NCBI GenBank assembly: GCA_951406725.2
Contig: OX597819.1
Location: forward strand, 77,872,001-77,936,000
Reading direction: 5' to 3'
Length of the DNA stretch: 64,000 nt
From: Octopus vulgaris
Taxonomy: Eukaryota
The position numbers and the translations under genes are program-made. The notes beneath the pieces were generated by a model that did no database searches, was not told the origin of the DNA, and was given only the letters and a program-made list of their open reading frames with translations. This document shows positions 51,137 to 63,996 of this stretch, piece by piece (within the stretch, counting starts at the first letter, position 1; every line of letters starts with the position of its first letter).

Positions 51137-51906
51137 GCACACACACACACACATACACACTCAGAGGTGGAGGGAGGAGAGAGAGAGAAAGAGAATCAGA
51201 TATGAGAAGCGACAGAGTGTAAGGGTATATGAGGTGAGATGTTTACTAAATCAGACACAACAAGAACCAATAAATTTCAATTTGTACATACATACGTACG
51301 TACACAAATCTTTGTACGTTGTCTGAGTGTGCGTGTATATTTGTGTATTACTATTGTTGTTACTGTTGTTATTGTTGTTATGTATTAATATTTTAGAATT
51401 ATTATACACACATATGCTCTCTTTTTCGTCTTATTTCTTTAAGTCGCGCTCTCCCCCTCTTTCTCACTCTCTCTCTCTCTCTCTCCCTCTCTTTCTCTCT
51501 CTCGCTCGCTCCATTACACACATGTATATGTGTGTAGAAAGAGATATATGTATATGTTTTAACACATAGCTGTACGTGTCTGAAAGTGTATGAGACAGAA
51601 AGGGAGTGAGGAATGAAGAGAAGGAAAGAGAAAGTGAGAGAGAGAGAGTGAAGGAGATAAGGAGATGTAAGTAGAGAGGTAGAGAGACAGAGAGGGAGAA
51701 AGAGTGAGAGATATGGAGAGATAGAGAGGAAAGAAGAGAATGTCGAATGGCCGTGTGCTGATAGAGTATACGAGATAGCTAGTTCTCTGGAGCAGAAAAA
51801 GATGTAAATGTGGAACAGAAAGAGAAAGAGATAGGGAGACAGAGTCTGCAGTTGAATCGCAGTGTTAGGGATTTAAGCATTTTTTACAAAAAATCTTCTT
51901 TCAGAA

Positions 51907-52345
51907 CAGGGGTCCTCAACCATTTTTTTTTTTTTTATCTAAGGACTCCCTTGATTACTATTTTATTCTGGAGGTCCTCCGTAGCCATTCGATATTTGAA
52001 AACTAGTTTTATAGATGGTTATTTATTAATGTTTTCACACATTAACAGATCACCCAACATACTCTGCTAAGTGGTTGGCGTTAGGAAGGGCATCCAACCG
52101 TAAAAACCATACCTCAACAGACAGCTGGAGTGTGGACAGCTCCCTAATAGCCAATTCCATGTCAAACCGTCCAACTCATGCCTGCATAGAAAGCGGACGT
52201 CAAGTGATGATGATGATGACCAATTAATTAATTTGTGTAGGTTGAACTTTGTAAAATGATGAAGAAACCCAGATGTTTCTTGTTTTACATGCCAATACAT
52301 ACGTCTAAAGCGAAATTTTTTCAGGGGTCCCTAAAATAACTATCG
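51907..52345 (-). mobile_element. hAT-like MITE fragment with a nested retroposon 3' end (52065-52220, + strand, (GAT)n tail)
   Basis: CAGGGGTCCTCAACC terminus; homology to 16818-17096; insert GGTTGGCGTTAGGAAGGGCATCC...GATGATGAT. Confidence 0.55.
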
Positions 52346-52479
52346 TGGATCCTTGATTTACTATTTACATTCTCATCGCTCTGATTTCAGTTACTGCTGA
52401 GGTCAACTTTTTACCATCGTGGGCCATAAAAATATTACGAGTCGAAGGCTGTGGGATTGGTGGGACTATTTGAGGTTCA

Positions 52480-53400
52480 AGTACCACCACCAGCAACAAC
52501 ACTACTACTATTTTCACCAACATCACCACCTCCACTATCACTACCACCACCACCACCACCACCTCCACCATTACTACCACCACCATACCACCCCACCACC
52601 TCCCACCACCATCACCACAACTACTACCACCACTACCACCAATGCCACCACTACCACCAATACCACCACCACCTCTACTACCCATTCTCCTATGCTACCA
52701 ACCATACCACTAGCATCTCATACCATCACCAATAGTAGTAGTACGACCACCACCACCACCATTAACAATACCATATCATCAATAATACTACCGCTACCAC
52801 CGCTACCACCACCACTACCATCAACAATTCCACCGCCACCACCACCACCACTACGACCTCCACTACCATCACCGACAACACCAACACCAACAATAACAAT
52901 AACAGCAACGTCGACACTACCATGCTACCGCCAATACCATTGTCTCCAACACAATCACTACAAGACCACCACTATAACCACCACCTACAACTACACCAAT
53001 ACCATCCAACAATACTACCACCGCCACCACTACTACATCACCAACAGCATCACCACCAACACCACTGCCAACAACAACAACAACAACAATTAGCGCACCA
53101 GCACCACCACCACTAGCACCACCAAAAAGACACCTCCACATCACCATCACCATCGCCCCCAACACCACCATCACCACAACAACAACAACAATCAGAGCAC
53201 CACCACCACCACCACCAAAAACACTACACCACCACCATCATCACCGCCAACACCACCAACGACAACAATTAGAGCAACACCTCCGTCACCTATACTACCG
53301 CCACCACCACCACCACCAACACCGCTATACCACCTCTGCCATACTATCACCACAACTACCAACATTCGCTACCACACCTGTTCACCACTTCTACCTACAC
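52480..53400. repeat. Degenerate (CAC/TAC/CAA)n triplet tract
   Basis: Direct observation; similar tracts at 22510-22900, 49180-49375 and 58390-59440, and an inverted one at 61180-61865. Confidence 0.9.
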
Positions 53401-54972
53401 CACCAATAGACACTATGCCTAACCTCTGTTGAAATCTCTGCTTAATTCATCGTTATTTTCTAATAGGAAATATGATTTATATTTCTTCTAATTAACACTG
53501 GCAACCAAATTAATAGTATTGAATAATTAATTTGGTAACAACAGCAACGTCTTTTATGAGGTTGACGAAGTTGCATGTTGCTGTTGTTGTTGTTGTTGTT
53601 GTTGTTGCTGTTGTTATTGTTGATATTATTGTTATTGTTGCTGTAGTCGTCGTAGTCGCCGTCGTCGTCGTTGTTGTTGTTGCTGTTGTTGTTGTTGTTG
53701 TTGTTACGGCTAGTGTTGTGGTGTCGGCTGCGTTTGATATATAGGAAACAGGCAGGTGAGGAGAAAATTGAAGAGGAGGATAACAGAAGGAAGAAGAGGA
53801 GGAAGAGGAAGAAGAAGAAGAAGAAGAAGGGAGTGGTGTGGGGGTGTATGCGGATGAGGGAGAACTTGGAGAGGGAAGGAGAACAAAGAAAAGCGAACAT
53901 AGGATGAAGATGAAAAATGAAGATGAATGAATGGAAAGTGAAATGAGAAGAAGAAGAAGAAGAAGAAGAAGAAGAAGAAGAAGAAGAAGAAGAAGAAGAA
54001 GAAGAAGGAGAAGAAGAAGAAGAATTGGAGGAGGAGAAGGAGTAAGAGAAGAAGAAGAAGAAGAAGAAGAAGAATTGAAGGAGAAGGAGTAAGAGAAAAA
54101 GAAGAAGAATTGAAGGAGGAGAAGGAGTAAAAGAAGGAAGATGAAGTCGAGTTAAAAATGAAGCTAGCATAGAGCGTCTCTCAGTCATCAGTTTTATCGG
54201 TCACATGACAACTATTTGGCGCGTCAGACTTGAAACCAGAGTTCAGCTGTGAGATTATTCAAGTATTCCTTCAGTTTTGTCTCTATATTGATGCTTCTTT
54301 CGTAGTCCGAACATTGGAAACACAAATTCGTATTCCATCCGTAGTTGTTAATGTTATTTACACACAGGGTGGAGCATATGATATATTATTTCCACTGTAA
54401 AGTGAATACTAGACCACAGAGAAATTAACATATTCCCTTCACAGCCAAGAACAGTTTCTGACACTCTTCTTTTATTCTATGTACAATGCCTGCAGAAAAC
54501 AGTTATAAACCGTTCTCATACTAACAAGTTAACAAATTATCGGGTTGGTCTTTCTGTAGCTAGCTGATAAGGCCATCTGTCTTTCCTAGCTTTTTCTCTT
54601 TTTCTTTTTTGTGTTCCAGTAGTCATCAAGTATTGAAGACTGTTATCGCACCTAATTTCCAATGAACAGAACCTGTTGCCCCTTTATGTTGTTAAGATGC
54701 TTTGTAGTGATTTTAGCTCGTCCACGGACTTAAATGTTTTGCTACTCTATGTATAAGACATCGATATTTTCAGGATATACCATATCTCTGAAGAATACCT
54801 AAGTATTTGCATGTATTTGTTAATGCACAATAACACCTAATTTATGCAAAATATAACAAAAATAAAAAGAAATAAAATAAATTTATATATTATAAAACCT
54901 TGCTGTAGGTGAATTAAGAAAGTAAATACATTCCTTCTATGCAGAGAAAGGAGTGAGTGAGTGACCTGTCGG

Positions 54973-55003
54973 GTCGTTTCATAGTTTGTTGACTGCTCCT
55001 CAG
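54973..55003 (-). ncRNA. Degenerate hammerhead ribozyme motif
   Basis: Minus strand CUGAGGA-GCAGU-CAACAA-ACUAU-GAAACGAC. Confidence 0.4.
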
Positions 55004-55249
55004 AGAAGGCGTACCCGGCTTCCTTCTCTAATCAGCAGTTCCGAAAATTCAGTCGCTATATCAATCAGTCATATAGGTTAATGTTGTGGGGAATAACCTA
55101 ATTTGTATATTTGTATATTTTTCTTATTTTCACGTGTTCTTATTAATTAAACAATATATATTTCAGTTCTGATTAACGATATATTGTGAATGAAATGGAG
55201 ACTATGCCTACTAGACTTTCTTCATTCAACTCCTGGTCCATAAACATTA

Positions 55250-55725
55250 CCTCTATTCTTTTCTTTCTCTAACTAAATCATTCTCTCCTTCAGCTCCAAT
55301 TGAACAGATGATATTAATTTTGTCTGAGTTTAGAAATTTTTCGCTTTCTTTTCTTTTAGGATCGCTGTCATTCACAGCTAACCCAGGCAAAATGGCCGGC
55401 CAAGACGTATTTAAGGTGTCTTTCCTAATTTCATGAATTCCTGTAGCAATTATCTTCAAACCATGAAGAATATTACATTTTTTCCCCTGTAATCTGGAGT
55501 TTATTATTATTATTATCATTTTTTATATAATCACGTTTTTTTAAAAAAGGTATGCTTAAAATTTGTCTTAAAATGAGAAATTACGCCTTGATCTAATGGT
55601 TGGATATTATTAGGTGATAAGAACAGAATCTTTACGTTTGGGTGTTCTAAATCACAGGGATGTGATGGAGCGTTATCAATTAGTAACAAAACTTCGAAGT
55701 CAATATTATTTTTCATATGCAAAAA

Positions 55726-55779
<54 letters not shown>

Positions 55780-56012
55780 TATTATTATTATTAGGCATAA
55801 ATTTCAGCTTCAGGAACAAAGTTTTGGCAAAAGCTGGTTTTCGAAATTTCTGCAGTCATCTATGATTTTTGTACTCACACCAATGAACTGTTAGGGGTTG
55901 ATATTTTTTTCTTTATTTATTCCTCTCGTTACACATGGATTAAGAGTCCCGTTAATCTTTAATTAATAATGGCTACAGTAATCACGTAATGGATTACAGC
56001 ATAATAATAATA

Positions 56013-56074
<62 letters not shown>

Positions 56075-56370
56075 TTGATTTGATTTTTAGGTGTTTATAC
56101 TCATCAAACTGTTTCTTCTGTTCTTGACATAAAAAGTTTCCTTTGACATTTTTTCCCAACTATAAACACGTTTCATTTACATTATATTTTTTTTGTTTTG
56201 AATAGGAATATTCTTCAATTACTTCAATTAACCACTGACACAAATTCTTCCACAGTTTTCTTATCGCTTGATCCACTGTCGCCATGCAATTTGACATCAT
56301 GTTGAAAGTTCGATCCAAGAATGTTTTAATCCATCCTTTATTGTTCAAATACCCCAGGTTAGCTGTTTTG
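55250..56370 (-). pseudogene. Decayed pogo/Tigger (CENP-B/DDE_1-type) transposase
   Basis: Fragments KGWIKTF, IEEYSYSKQKKYNVNETCL and VLLLIDNAPSHPCDLEHPNVKILFLSPNNIQPLDQGVISHFK; broken by stops and TAA microsatellites. Confidence 0.85.
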
Positions 56371-56388
56371 ATTATATGTTTGCTTTAT

Positions 56389-56603
56389 AAGGCGGCGAGC
56401 TGGGAGAATCGTTAGCACGCCGGGTGAAATGTTTAGTGGCATTTCGTCCGTCACTACGTTCTGAGTTCAAATTCCGCAAAGATCGACTTTGCCATTCACC
56501 CTTTCGGTGTCGATAAATTAAGTACCAGTGAAACACTGGGGTCGATGTGATCGACTCATCCCCTCCCCCATAATGGTTGCCCTTGTGGCAAACATTTGAA
56601 ACC
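56389..56603 (+). mobile_element. SINE family A with ~20-bp TSD
   Basis: ATTATATG(T/C)TTGCTTT(A/G)TAA at 56371-56390 and 56604-56623. Confidence 0.9.
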
Positions 56604-56836
56604 ATTATATGCTTGCTTTGTAATGTTGATTTGATTAAAAATTCTTACTACCTTTTGTCGTACAGCAAAGCTGTGCATAATCAAGAGGTAGTATTTATTC
56701 CCACTTAACGTAGATGTTCTGTTAGAACAAACTATACTGTTGTAATTACAATGAGGGAAACTCTCATATTGGCTTCATGTGCAAAATGCACTCTTCATTA
56801 TAACGCTTGCAGAGAGATAAATCGCCGCCAGCATCG

Positions 56837-56864
56837 TGATTTCGACCTTCGTTGGTCTTGTCAA
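56837..56864 (-). ncRNA. Degenerate hammerhead ribozyme motif
   Basis: Minus strand UUGACAA-GACC-AACGAA-GGUC-GAAAUC; perfect stem II, core two transitions from CUGACGA. Confidence 0.35.
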
Positions 56865-57355
56865 TGATTGACGTTCGGCTGCGAGGGATAACAGTAATTC
56901 ACCTTCCCGCCAGCGGTACATAAAATAGCAGTGCCAGAACAGGTGCTAATGTCACTATTAGCTAGTGAACTTGTATATAATCAATGATTTACACTTGATT
57001 TTCTGTCCAAAATAGTGGAGCTTTTCTCAGTGTTCCAATAATGTTATTACGCATATATCATATACCTTTCAAACTTAGTGTAGATCCAGCAATTATTCCG
57101 GTTCTGATGTTTCTTTCGTTTCATTTAATTGTTTTAACATTTCCTTTGTTTATATAAAAATTGTTTCGCAGTTTTTGTCTAATCATTTTCATTCTGAAGT
57201 TGATTTAGTATATTGATTTTTGTTGTGATATTTGAAACGATGTTATTCAAACTTGAAAATATTTAACTAACAATAAAAAAAATAAACCAATATAGGTGCT
57301 ATTTTATCTTCAAGTATATTTCACTGTCAAAGAAGAAAAAGACAAGTAAAATAAA

Positions 57356-57528
57356 TAGGCGCAGGAGTGGCTGTGTGGTAAGTAGCTTGCTAACCAACCA
57401 CATGGCTCCGGGTTCAGTCCCACTGCGTGGCATCTTGGGCAAGTGTCTTCTGCTATAGCCCCGGGCCGACCAATGCCTTGTGAGTGGATTTGGTAGACGG
57501 AAACTGAAAGAAGCCTGTCGTATATATG

Positions 57529-57561
<33 letters not shown>

Positions 57562-57755
57562 TTGTGTGTTTGTCCCCCTAGCATTGCTTGACAACCGATG
57601 CTGGTGTGTTTACGTCCCCGTCACTTAGCGGTTCGGCAAAAGAGACCGATAGAATAAGTACTGGGCTTACAAAGAATAAGTCCCGGGGTCGATTTGCTCG
57701 ACTAAAGGCGGTGCTCCAACATGGCCGCAGTCAAATGACTGAAACAAGTAAAAGA
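57356..57755 (+). mobile_element. SINE family B, full length
   Basis: AGGCGCAGGAGTGGCTGTGTGGTAAG (A box), GGGTTCAGTCCC (B box), internal TA/TG tract and 3' CAGTC-AAAT-GACTG hairpin. Confidence 0.95.
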
Positions 57756-58522
57756 AAAAAAGATAAAAGAAAAGAAAAGGTAAAAATCGACGAAATGAAA
57801 ACAATAAAACGACGAAGTGATGATTCTAAAAAATTAAAGTAAAATAAAAAATAAAATATAAGGTAAACGAAATGGAAAAATCGAATAGAAATCATGCAAA
57901 CTGAGGAATGTGTAAAGCGAGAGTCAACTGTACACATGCACACGTACACACATTTGTACTTGTGCACACACACACACGCACACACGCACGCATACACGTA
58001 CACTACAAATTACCCAAAGCTATACACGTATGTCTGCGTTTGATAAACGTACCTAGAGATCCCCCTAACACTTTTCTAAAAAGCTCAAGGTGCTTATTCT
58101 ATCCGTAGGACGAGCACAAATAGACACCTTTGATAAAACAGCAATGAACAATCGAAACTAGTTGAGTCGTTCTCGATTTCGTCCTGCAAAAATGGGAGAA
58201 GAAGGAAAAGAGGAAGAGAAGCTCATAGGCAATGATAATAAAAATGGCGACTATGTGATACGAGTGGAATGGATGTCGGTAGAAGGGAGATAAACAATAT
58301 GGCGGCTGTTCGTATATTGGTGTCCGTTGATTGACGATCATTTAGTTGTTTAAGCTGGAATTTTTTCAGGTACATGACTGTTGTTGTTAGCATCATCGTC
58401 ATCATCATCATCACCATCATCACCATCACCACCACCACCACCACCATCATCCTCATCATCACTATCATCATCATTATCATCACCATCATCATCACCGTCA
58501 TCATCATTATCACCATCATCAA

Positions 58523-58555
<33 letters not shown>

Positions 58556-58733
58556 GGTTGTCATCATCGTCGTCATCGCCGTCAAAATCGCCGCCGTCAC
58601 CTTCGTTGCCGTCGTCATCGACACCACCACCGCCACCACCAAAGCCACCATCAACACCACCACCACCACCACCACCACCACCACCATCATCACCACCACC
58701 ACCACCACTGCCATCATCACCATCATCATCATT

Positions 58734-58768
<35 letters not shown>

Positions 58769-59041
58769 CATCCTCATCATCATCATCGTCGTCGTTGTCG
58801 TCGTCATCATCATCATCATCATCATTAACAATAACAACACGACGGTATATCCAACGCCACCGCCACTGACATCATGAACCTCAACACTCAACATCAAAAG
58901 ATGAATTCAACTGCAACACAACTGTTTCATCAATAACATTACTACTACTACCACCACCACCACCACACCATCACCGCTACCACTACCACAACTAACACCA
59001 CTACCGCCATTACCATTTTCATCCCACCAGCATCATCACGA

Positions 59042-59096
<55 letters not shown>

Positions 59097-59770
59097 TTTA
59101 GCCGTACTACCACACACACATTACCACCTTCACTTCCATTACCAACAGTACCACTACCACCACCAACACCACCACAACTATCACTACTACCACCACCACC
59201 ACCTCACAACTACCACAATCATCCCCACTACCACCTTCGTCACCACTACCTCCACCACCATCACCACTACCACCGCCGCCGCCACTACCACCAGCACCAG
59301 CTCACCACCACCACCACCACCTCCAACACCCCCACCACCACCATCACCATCACCGCCACCGCCACCGCCACCCCCACCACCACCACCACCATCCACCATC
59401 ACCACCACCACCACCACCACCACCACCACCACCACCACTACACAGCACTTACAGAACATCAATATTTCAAACAAGACGATTCTTACTGCACGTTTTATTC
59501 AGTCTTTGTCTTCTTTCTTTCCTTCCTTTTCTTCTCATTCTTTTGTCATCTTTTCTTCCCTCTTCTCTTTCTTGTCACTCTTTAGTATTTCTATCTCTCC
59601 TTTCTTTCTTTCTTCATCTCCATTTCCATCGCATTTATTATTTTTTTGATACCGTGTCGTTTATTGTTAGCCTTCATCTCACTCACACGTTACACACACA
59701 CGCACACACATAATGTATATCTATATACATATATACATACTTATAGATATATATGTATATACATACATAC

Positions 59771-59813
<43 letters not shown>

Positions 59814-59814
59814 A

Positions 59815-59851
<37 letters not shown>

Positions 59852-60029
59852 TATATACATACCTACACACACATATATATATATGTGTATACATATGTGT
59901 ATATATATATATATATACAAACACGCACACACACACACACATGCATACATAAATTCATACATGTATATGTTTGTGTAAGTGTGTGTGTGTGCATGTGTGT
60001 ATATATATATATATGTGTGTATGTGTGTG

Positions 60030-60059
<30 letters not shown>

Positions 60060-60067
<8 letters not shown>

Positions 60068-60248
60068 ATTGGTGAATTGAAGAAATGGAGCTGAACGCAG
60101 ATTGAACAGAAATCGTTTTATTTCATTCTACACGTGTTTCGAAAGGCACAAATTACCAAAATCCGATCGAAACACGTGTAGAATGAAATAAACGATTTCT
60201 GTTCAATCTGCGTTCAGCTCCATTTCTTCAATTCACCAATAATGTTTT
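60060..60248. repeat. Near-perfect inverted repeat (83/82-bp arms) ending at a half-hammerhead
   Basis: Arms 60060-60142 / 60167-60248 differ by one base of indel; the inner end reads CGAAACACGTGTA. Confidence 0.9.
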
Positions 60249-60662
60249 AATTTCAATTATCCGCACCAACGCACGGTTGCAACGCCAGATGGTTGTACCT
60301 CCAACCGTGCTGTTTACTGCTGTGATTTTTGCTACTAAGGTATCGGTTAACTTTTGATTAATCTACAACAAGATTATTCATCTTTCTATTTCACATAATA
60401 TATATATATATATATATATACACACAGACACACACGCTCACATACATACATAGATTCATGCATGCATACGTGTATGTGAGTGTCTGTGTATGCGCATTTG
60501 TTTATGTGTTTATGTATGTGTGTGCGTGTGAGTCTGTGTTGTGTGCAAAGGTTATGAGAGAGGTGGTCCTGATTTCTCATCCTCTACTCCCTCTTTTATC
60601 TCTCCTTGGTGTCACTCTTTCATTCCTTCTCAATTTTTTAAACTGTCTACACATACACACAT

Positions 60663-60696
<34 letters not shown>

Positions 60697-60708
60697 CACA
60701 CACACACA

Positions 60709-60900
60709 CACAATACACATACACATAATACAGTCTTCTTACACACTGACCTCACCTATGCACTCATATTCACACACATGCACATCTACACACACACGCA
60801 CACACACACACACAATACACATACACATAATACAGTCTTCTTACACACTGACCTCACCTATGCACTCATATTCACACACATGCACATTTACACACACACA
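60709..60900. repeat. ~102-bp tandem duplication
   Basis: CACAATACACATACACATAATACAGTCTTCTTACACACTGACCTCACCTATGCACTC occurs twice. Confidence 0.9.
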
Positions 60901-61671
60901 CACACATACCACATACCACATACGCACATACGTACGCGCACCCTCCACAAGCCAATTCTAATAGCGCAAATGACATCATTTTTGACACACCGGACTCTCC
61001 TCCCACCGTTTAACCATCCCATTTGTGCCCATATGCATCCATAAAGGGCCCACCGATGAATAATATGACTGGCACTGTTCGTGTTTGAACTCTCACCTCT
61101 CAGATCGTCTTTCATTCTGTCACGAAACGGCCAGCATGTAGCAGAACGGTTTGTACTAAAACTGAAAGACTGACTGACGTGGTGGTGGTGGTGGTGGTGG
61201 CGGCGGTGGTGGTAGCGGTGGTGGCGGCGGCGGCGGCGGTGGTGGTGGTGATGGTGGTGGTGGTGGTGGGTGGCAAAGGCGATGGTGATAGCAATGGTGG
61301 TGGTGATGTTGGGAGGCTTTTGTTGCTGTTTTTGGTGGTGGTGGTGGTGATGTTGGTGGCGAAGGTGGTGTGATGGTAGTGGTGATAGTGATGTTGGTGG
61401 TGGCTGATGGTGGCGGCAAAGGTGAAGGTGGTTGGTGGTGGCGGCGGAGATGGTGGTGGAAGTTGGTGGCGGTGGTGGTGGTAGTGGTGGTGGTAATGAT
61501 GATGATGGTAGTGTTGGTAGTGGTTGTGGTGCTAGTTGGTAGTATTGGTGATGTGTAGTGTTGGTATTGAGAGTGACGATGGTGGTGACAGCGGTACTGG
61601 TGGTGGCGATGTTGGTGTTAGTGGTGGTGGCTATAGTCATAGTGGTGGTAACCATAGTGGTGGTGGAGTTG

Positions 61672-61703
<32 letters not shown>

Positions 61704-62142
61704 GGTGGTAGTGTTGGCGTTGGCGGCAGCAGTAGTGTTGATGGTACTGGTGATATTGATTATGATGATGGGGGTGATCATGATGATGAAGTTAGTGTTG
61801 TTGTTGTTGGTAGTGGTGGTGGTGGAGGTAGTGATGGTACGGCGGCAGTGGCGGAGGTAGTAGTGTACATGTGAAAGGGGCATGCCAACCGAACGGAGGA
61901 GAACATAGTCATGGAGTACAGCGAAAGTGTGATGTCGTTTGAATAAGGGAATGAAAGTCGGAGAGGGAAGAAAAGGAGGTAGAAACAGCGTAGGAGGAGA
62001 AAAATAAGGAAGGAGCGATTAAGCTAGGAAATGTGAAAGAGGGAGAGGGGGAGGAGGTGGAGAGAGAGAGAGAGGAAAACGGAGAGAGAAGGGGAGAAAG
62101 ACAGAAAAAGAAGGAAGGATGACAAGTGTGACGTGGTATACG

Positions 62143-62550
62143 AAAGAAGAAGAAGAAGAAGAAGAAGAAGAAGAAGAAGAAGAAGAAGAAGAAGAAGAAG
62201 AAGAAGAAGAAGAAGAAGAAGAAGAAGAAGAAGAAGAAGAAGAAGAAGAAGAAGAAGAAGAAGAAGAAGAAGAAGAAGAAGAAGAAGAAGAAGAAGAAGA
62301 AGAAGAAATAGAAGAAGAAGAAGAAGAAGAAGAAGAAGAAGAAAAAGAAGAAGAAATAGAAGAAGAAGAAGAAGAAGAAGAAGAAGAAGAAAAGAAGAAG
62401 AAGAAAAGAAGAAGAAGAAGAAGAAGAAGAAGAAGAAGAAGAAGAAGAAGAAGAAGAAGAAGAAGAAGAAGAAGAAGAAGAAGAAGAAGAAGAAGAAGAA
62501 GAAGAAGAAGAAGAAGAAGAAGAAGAAGAAGAAGAAGAAGAAGAAGAAGA
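62143..62550. repeat. Long (GAA)n tract (~400 bp)
   Basis: Direct observation, few interruptions. Confidence 0.95.
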
Positions 62551-62847
62551 TTGAAGGAAAAGGAATCCGCAGTCGTGTTGTCCCGGGTTCGGTAACTATA
62601 CTATATAGTCTGAGGCCGTCTAATGCTCTGTGAGTGGAATGTGGTAGGCGGCAACACGATTGACAGAAGTTCGTCCTCTGTGTGTGTGTGTGTGTTTAGT
62701 TGTGTGCTTCCATAGTTATGTCTCTATAATGTATTCGAGAATATAATATCGGTAACATGTGTAATAATAAGTCTTAAATATAATTTAATTAGGGATTGAT
62801 TCGATTTACAAAAACCTTAAAAGCAACGTTGAACCCCAATGACAGAA

Positions 62848-63000
62848 AGCTGTGGTTGTATGGTAAGAATCTTGCTTCCAAACCGCATGGTTCTGGGTTC
62901 AGTTCCACAGCGGTACCTCGGGCAAGTGTCTTCTACAATAGCCTCGGACCGACCAAAGCCTTATGAGTGGATTTGGTAGGCGGAAACTGAAAGAAGCCCG

Positions 63001-63004
<4 letters not shown>
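62848..63004 (+). mobile_element. SINE family B 5' half
   Basis: GGGTTCAGTTCCAC...GGGCAAGTGTCTTCTAC...GGAAACTGAAAGAAGCCCGTCG then (TG)n. Confidence 0.85.
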
Positions 63005-63046
<42 letters not shown>

Positions 63047-63152
63047 AAAGTTAATCCAAACATGAACAAAGAGAAAGAAAAAACACAACAACGCGAGGAC
63101 GCGGAACAAGTATAGTGTTATTGGAAGCTCAGGAAAGGAAAGAAAGAACGAG

Positions 63153-63179
63153 AACGTTTCGAGCGGAGCTCTTCGTCAG
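63153..63179 (-). ncRNA. Minimal hammerhead ribozyme core within a Penelope-like fragment (~63049-63250)
   Basis: Minus strand CUGACGA-A-GAGC-UCC-GCUC-GAAA-CGUU; all core residues present, palindromic ACGU stem III. Confidence 0.7.
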
Positions 63180-63328
63180 AAATATAGAAGAGAGGAAAGT
63201 CCAAGGAAGGGAAGACGGAGAAAGAAAATCGCCGACGATACACACGCTGTCACATATTGAAGTGAGCGAAAGGAAACGGGTGAAGAAAAAGTTCTTTCAA
63301 AGACAGGAGAGTGCAAGAGAAGGAGGTA

Positions 63329-63369
<41 letters not shown>

Positions 63370-63402
63370 GCATGTATGCATGTATGTATGTATGTATATA
63401 AT

Positions 63403-63656
63403 CTTATTTGGAAATGGATGCATGGCGTTCAATCATATAATAATATAAATAATATATATATACATAGGACAGCAGACAACTGATGAAGGGGCGTTTTTTA
63501 TGTTATTTGTCTTGTTTCCTATTTGTCTCTCTCGTTCTTTGCGTACCCAACGTTATTATCGTATTTCTTGTTGTTTACGTTTTGTGACGTCCTGTACCCA
63601 TATAGGCATACCTATATACATACTTATGTATGTATGTAAATATGTGTATGAATATA

Positions 63657-63695
<39 letters not shown>

Positions 63696-63862
63696 CAACG
63701 GACCGGCGCCCCGTCCAGGCGGTGAACCTATACGCCAAGGAAACCGGGAAACCGGCCCTATGAGCCAGGCATGGCTCGAGAAGGAACAAACATATATATA
63801 TATATTTATGCGTGTGTGTGTATACATATACATGTATGTATATATACACATATATGTATGTG

Positions 63863-63946
<84 letters not shown>

Positions 63947-63996
63947 TGTTATTTATATTATTTGATTGAATGCCACGCATCCATTTCAAAGTAAGT
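63403..63996. mobile_element. Element bounded by ~48-bp inverted repeats with nested fragments
   Basis: CTTATTTGGAAATGGATGCATGGCGTTCAATC...AATATAAATAA at 63403-63453 and its reverse complement at 63948-63996; contains a SINE-C tail-3 fragment (63694-63790). Confidence 0.6.

Noticed and set aside
60888-61883. 331-aa His/Thr-rich ORF as a host gene
   Set aside because: It is mostly triplet repeat; the unique C-terminal part has no recognisable domain or supported splice structure.
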